Assembly: GCA_964620965.1 (NCBI GenBank)
Contig: CAZUHV010000002.1
Location: 48,863-112,862 of the forward strand
Direction: 5' to 3'
Source: an uncultured Pseudomonadales bacterium
GTDB lineage: Bacteria > Patescibacteriota > Microgenomatia > UBA1400 > PJMF01
Length of the DNA: 64,000 nt
Shown: positions 60,323 to 64,000 of the stretch, in pieces
Numbering within the stretch: position 1 is the first letter of the stretch
Layout of the letters: each line of letters opens with the position of its first letter
Position numbers and translations under genes: made by a program
Notes under the pieces: model-generated
Told to the model about the DNA's origin: nothing
The model's input: only the letters and a program-made list of their open reading frames with translations
Databases searched by the model: none

Positions 60323-60672
60323 AAAAAAATTGGGGCCCTTGCTCTTTCGAGTAGGTACCCCTTAATCCAGGAACTTTACGAAACCCGTCAGAGTTTTTTA
60401 TTCAACAATGACGAGGTAGGTGTGCCACTCTTGACACACCGAACACCATACGATCAATACGTAAATGGTCATCGGTTCACCTTTGATTGCTGCTTGGATT
60501 TATGCCCAAAGGCGGCATAGACAGCAATTCTAATATCACAAAAACATATGAACTTAGAATTGCTGCCTACTGTATCAACAAAGTGAAAAAATAATTGTAA
60601 AGTGCCTGAACTATTTTATAGTTCAATATAGAATTGGAGCCAAGCATTTTGGCAACTTTCTATACCAAATTA
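60323..60672 (-). ncRNA. Putative structured non-coding RNA of unknown family
   Basis: Perfect promoter upstream, GC-rich terminator downstream, several stems plus a pseudoknot, no ORF of 60 aa or more. Confidence 0.55.
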
Positions 60673-60678
60673 TATTAG

Positions 60679-60707
60679 ATTATATCATAATGTTAATTAT
60701 CTGTCAA
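60679..60707 (-). promoter_or_regulatory. Perfect consensus sigma70 promoter
   Basis: TTGACA-N17-TATAAT with extended TG. Confidence 0.88.
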
Positions 60708-60740
60708 TATTATGGGATTAAAAATTTTAATGACTTATAC

Positions 60741-60769
60741 TTGACTTTTTGATAAAAATATCCTATAAT
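60741..60769 (+). promoter_or_regulatory. Divergent sigma70 promoter
   Basis: TTGACT-N17-TATAAT. Confidence 0.8.
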
Positions 60770-60843
60770 ATATATTGTGAATATCAATTTTTTGATATTC
60801 GCATTTGCACCTTCAAATGTAACATACTGCAGGAGACAATGTC

Positions 60844-61359
60844 GTGAAACTGTTGACATCAGAAAAGTACTTTTTGTACTCCGTAGTTGTTTCTATCTTT
60901 GCGATAGTCATCAACTACACCCAAGGTTGGGATTTTACTCAACTTTGGTTCAAGTCTCCATTTACCACTGGTCTTGCATCAGTGGTTGGGTTTGTAATTC
61001 CAGCAGGAATTGCACTCAAAACTGTCAAAAAAGACAGTAAGGCAGGTAACTCAACTAAGATGCATCTTTTTAAGATGTCCATCTTTGAGGAACATATCTT
61101 TAGACTTGCGGCCGTTGTCGCAATTCAGATACTGCTTTCCTTAGAGTTACAGGCAGTAGAAATAGGAGTTGGAATCGCATTAATTGGACTGATTCAAACA
61201 GTATTGTTTATGGCAATACATCACAGAATCAGCATCATGCATGTGATTTATCCACTTTGCGTATGGCTTCCACTGGCTTGGTATGGAGGGTTGATTGCGG
61301 CTGTAATCAGCCACATATCAGCAAATCTCTTACCAAGACTATTGGTGGAAGGAGACTAA
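60844..61359 (+). CDS. CPBP (CAAX/Abi) family intramembrane metalloprotease
   Basis: EEHIFR, FMAIH, HISAN; AGGAG RBS. Confidence 0.78.
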   Translation: MKLLTSEKYFLYSVVVSIFAIVINYTQGWDFTQLWFKSPFTTGLASVVGFVIPAGIALKTVKKDSKAGNSTKMHLFKMSIFEEHIFRLAAVVAIQILLSLELQAVEIGVGIALIGLIQTVLFMAIHHRISIMHVIYPLCVWLPLAWYGGLIAAVISHISANLLPRLLVEGD

Positions 61360-61374
61360 TTGGAAGGTTAATAT

Positions 61375-61404
61375 AGCCCAGTCGGAAACGACTGGGCTTT
61401 TTTT
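61375..61404. terminator. Intrinsic terminator
   Basis: AGCCCAGTCG-gaaa-CGACTGGGCTTTTTTT. Confidence 0.88.
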
Positions 61405-61466
61405 GTTCCAAAAAAAACGCATCTCTGCGCCTTAATAAAAAATTAAATCCAAAATAAAACTTCTTG

Positions 61467-61539
61467 CGAGCCCGAACGGAATCGAACCGTCGATCTTCTC
61501 CGTGACAGGGAGACATGTTAACCGCTACACCACGGGCCC
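61467..61539 (-). tRNA. tRNA-Asp(GTC)
   Basis: GGGCCCG acceptor stem; anticodon loop CTGTCAC; TTCGATT T-loop. Confidence 0.93.
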
Positions 61540-61655
61540 AACAATTAAATAAATCTTTTTTCAAAGAACAAAGGGAATTATACCCTAATAGACCTAGTTT
61601 TGCCAATAGTTATGTAGTATAGTACATACTAAGTAATTAAAGGAGACAGATACAT

Positions 61656-62243
61656 ATGAATATTTTCCTAATTTTAGTCGTTGTTGGCGTTGCAATTGCT
61701 GCCTATGTTATTGGTATTTACAACACACTACAAAGACTTAAAACCCAAATCAAGGCAAGCATTCAAGAAATTGGAAATCAATTAAAACGTCAGGCTTCCT
61801 TAATTCCTAACCTCGAGGCATCAGTCAAAGGAATGATGAAGCAAGAAAAAGGTATTTTCAAAATGCTTACCGATGCAAGAAAATCTATTGCAACTGCTCA
61901 AGAAACTCAAAAAGCAACAGATATCGAAGCCGCAATTGAACAAATCCAATCAATTGTTCCTCAGATTTCAATTGCTGTTGAAGATAATCCAGAACTCAAA
62001 AGCGATGCAACTGTTACAAAACTAATGAATGAACTCACAGATACTGCAGACAAACTCATGTATGCAAGACGAGCAGTTATTGATCTTTCACAAAACTTTA
62101 ATGAAAAACTAGTCACCTTCCCATCCAATATTGTTGCTGGAATCTTTGGATTTAAGGAAGAAAAAGGAATTGTAACTGCAATGACTGGTTCTCATGTCGA
62201 AGTTTCTGATGCAGACACAAAGGATGTTACAGTAGATCTCTAA
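61656..62243 (+). CDS. lemA: LemA family protein
   Basis: YNTL, QLKRQASLIPNL, PELK, FPSNIVAGIFGF. Confidence 0.9.
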   Translation: MNIFLILVVVGVAIAAYVIGIYNTLQRLKTQIKASIQEIGNQLKRQASLIPNLEASVKGMMKQEKGIFKMLTDARKSIATAQETQKATDIEAAIEQIQSIVPQISIAVEDNPELKSDATVTKLMNELTDTADKLMYARRAVIDLSQNFNEKLVTFPSNIVAGIFGFKEEKGIVTAMTGSHVEVSDADTKDVTVDL

Positions 62244-62245
62244 AC

Positions 62246-63139
62246 ATGACACATTACGAGCTTGTTTCAAGCAATAAACAGAAATCTGGCATTGTTGTTG
62301 CATTGTTTATAGCATTTATTGCTTTTGCGACCTATGTTATGGCAATTGGGTTTGACTATCCCCTCAGTATTGTCGGAGTAGCATTTATTTTTTCAGGAAT
62401 CGCATCATTTGGATCATATTGGTATTCAGACAAAATTATTTTAGGAATTTCTGGAGCAAAAGAAGCAAACAGAACAGAATACTTTGATTTTTACACAATT
62501 GCAGAAAATTTAGCTGCATCTAAAAGGCTTCCAAAACCAAAGCTTTATGTCATCGAAGACTCCGCACCAAATGCATTCGCAACTGGAAGAGACCCAGAAC
62601 ATGCAGTCATTTGTTGTACAACGGGTATCTTACAAAAACTCAATAGGGCTGAACTAGAAGGCGTAATCGCACACGAACTTTCTCATATTGATAACTATGA
62701 CATCCGTTTAATGAGCATCGTAACAATCTTGGTTGGATTTGTGGCACTCCTTTCCGACTTTATTTTAAGAAGTACATTCTTGGGTGGTAAAAAAAATGAG
62801 AGAGAAAGCAGCCAATTACAGACAATTTTATTAATTGCTGGCATTATAATGGCAATACTTTCACCTATTATTGCTAAACTAATTCAATTAGCCATTTCTA
62901 GAAAAAGAGAATTCTTAGCAGACTCAAGTGCTGTTGCGATGACTAAAAACCCAGAAGGGCTAGCCCGTGCACTGGAAAAAATTTCTATGGATAGAGAACC
63001 ACTCGAAGCTGCAAATAATGCTACAGCTCATCTATATATTGCAAATCCACTCAAAAACACAAAGGGTCACCTTTTTTCTGGGCTTTTTATGACTCATCCA
63101 CCTGTAGAAGAACGTATCAAAGCCCTTCGAAGTTTATAA
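62246..63139 (+). CDS. htpX: HtpX zinc metalloprotease (M48)
   Basis: PNAFATG, AHELSH, SRKREFLAD, THPP. Confidence 0.93.
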   Translation: MTHYELVSSNKQKSGIVVALFIAFIAFATYVMAIGFDYPLSIVGVAFIFSGIASFGSYWYSDKIILGISGAKEANRTEYFDFYTIAENLAASKRLPKPKLYVIEDSAPNAFATGRDPEHAVICCTTGILQKLNRAELEGVIAHELSHIDNYDIRLMSIVTILVGFVALLSDFILRSTFLGGKKNERESSQLQTILLIAGIIMAILSPIIAKLIQLAISRKREFLADSSAVAMTKNPEGLARALEKISMDREPLEAANNATAHLYIANPLKNTKGHLFSGLFMTHPPVEERIKALRSL

Positions 63140-63181
63140 TTTGCTTTTCAACTATAAAATCTGTGATATACTAACAACTGT

Positions 63182-63238
63182 ATGATTCATACAAATACTT
63201 TTGCACAAGCACAAAATCAACAACAAAACATGTTGTAA
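63182..63238 (+). CDS. Putative Gln/Asn-rich attenuator leader peptide MIHTNTFAQAQNQQQNML
   Basis: ATG 9 nt after TGATATACT; 8 of 18 codons are Gln/Asn; lies upstream of a terminator and gatC. Confidence 0.75.
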   Translation: MIHTNTFAQAQNQQQNML

Positions 63239-63274
63239 TTTTCGTGGCAAGTGATAAGTATAAAAATCTAGATT

Positions 63275-63298
63275 GCGAGCCACAAGCTCGCTTTTTTT
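63275..63298 (+). terminator. Attenuator terminator upstream of gatC
   Basis: GCGAGC-cacaa-GCTCGC-TTTTTTT. Confidence 0.85.
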
Positions 63299-63300
63299 AT

Positions 63301-63409
63301 TATTTTGGACCCGATCTTTTTCATCAAAAAAAGTCGAAGGTACAAAAAATGCAAGGCTCAGGCCCTCTCTTTTTGCAAAGCAAAAAGGAGCTGGCATGAA
63401 AGATGCAAC
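63301..63409. repeat. Structured two-hairpin element, copy B (copy A at 24149-24252)
   Basis: Colinear similarity with compensatory base changes. Confidence 0.7.
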
Positions 63410-63485
63410 TTGAATGAAATTCAAGTTGCAAAAAAGCCAAAAACTAAAAACCAAAAAAGGTATAAATTAGGTACAATATACACAC

Positions 63486-63797
63486 ATGAAAAATAAACAA
63501 ACTATAACAAAAGCACAAATTAAACACATCGCAAACTTGGCAAACATTCCTGTTTCCAATAGTGAACAAGAAAACCTTAAAAATGCTTTTGAAGAAACTC
63601 TAGAGACTATTTCCGAACTGCAATCAGTTGATGTCACCAATGTTGAGCCAACTCATCAGGTAACCGGTCTCACAAATGTGCTTCGGGAAGATACTGTCGA
63701 TGAAGACCACATGTTCACTCAAGAAGAAGCTTTGGCAAATGCTCCACAAACACATAATGGCTATATAGTAGTACCTAGAATTATCGAAGAAAAATAA
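63486..63797 (+). CDS. gatC: Asp-tRNA(Asn)/Glu-tRNA(Gln) amidotransferase subunit C
   Basis: IKHIANLA, VEPT, NVLRED, LANAP, VPRI. Confidence 0.95.
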   Translation: MKNKQTITKAQIKHIANLANIPVSNSEQENLKNAFEETLETISELQSVDVTNVEPTHQVTGLTNVLREDTVDEDHMFTQEEALANAPQTHNGYIVVPRIIEEK

Positions 63798-63798
63798 A

Positions 63799-64000
63799 AT
63801 GAAAAATACACTCACACTCAAACAGGCAATTGATAAGCTCAAAGCAAAGGAGCTAACCCACGAAGAACTATATAAAGATCTTGATGCAGTTGTTGCCGTT
63901 GAAAATAAAAAACTAAATGTTTACTTAACTCTAGACAAAGAAGCAGAAAAAAAATCTGGACACCTCCTAGATACTCCTCTTGCTGGCGTTCCTATTGCAG
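63799..64000 (+). CDS. gatA: Amidotransferase subunit A, N-terminal part (runs off the window)
   Basis: MKNTLTLKQ...LNVYLT...PLAGVPIA directly after gatC. Confidence 0.85.
   Translation, partial: MKNTLTLKQAIDKLKAKELTHEELYKDLDAVVAVENKKLNVYLTLDKEAEKKSGHLLDTPLAGVPIA

Noticed and set aside
60323-60672. tmRNA, RNase P, SRP, glmS or pistol ribozyme identity
   Set aside because: No tRNA-like ends, no GAGGAAAGUC/ACAGAA boxes, no SRP CAGG..GGAA..AGCAG loop, and conserved ribozyme cores do not match; a formal Rfam scan is still needed
61307-61606. 99-aa minus-strand ORF
   Set aside because: Overlaps tRNA-Asp and a terminator
63152-63496. ORFs 63152..63454 (-) and 63305..63496 (+)
   Set aside because: They span the attenuator and repeat element and are low-complexity, likely spurious

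Overview
AT-rich bacterial chromosomal segment using genetic code 11. The gene content suggests a Patescibacteria/CPR genome, probably Microgenomates-like (inference): DUF4012 protein, N-terminally shortened MurE/MurF, alpha2-type GlyRS, type-2 IleRS and many glycosyltransferases. It contains: surface-glycan loci (about 0.4-7.3, 15-21 and 56-59 kb); an accessory island (7.8-15.0 kb) with a large secreted trypsin/crystallin/FN3 protease and paralogous exported and membrane proteins; recO, murF, glyQS, galU; a dcw cluster from mraZ to ftsZ; PNP, ileS, rodA, rplU-methyltransferase-rpmA, parB, lepB, lemA-htpX; the start of gatCA; and three tRNAs. The most notable signals are non-coding: (1) a Gln/Asn-rich leader peptide with attenuator upstream of gatCA; (2) two T-box riboswitches with very short Stem I; (3) a covarying ~105-nt structured element shared by the glyQS and gatC leaders; (4) a ~345-nt structured transcript between a perfect sigma70 promoter and a terminator; (5) pervasive leaderless-type promoters; (6) an 18-bp inverted repeat enclosing the protease gene. 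All calls were made by eye, without database searches.
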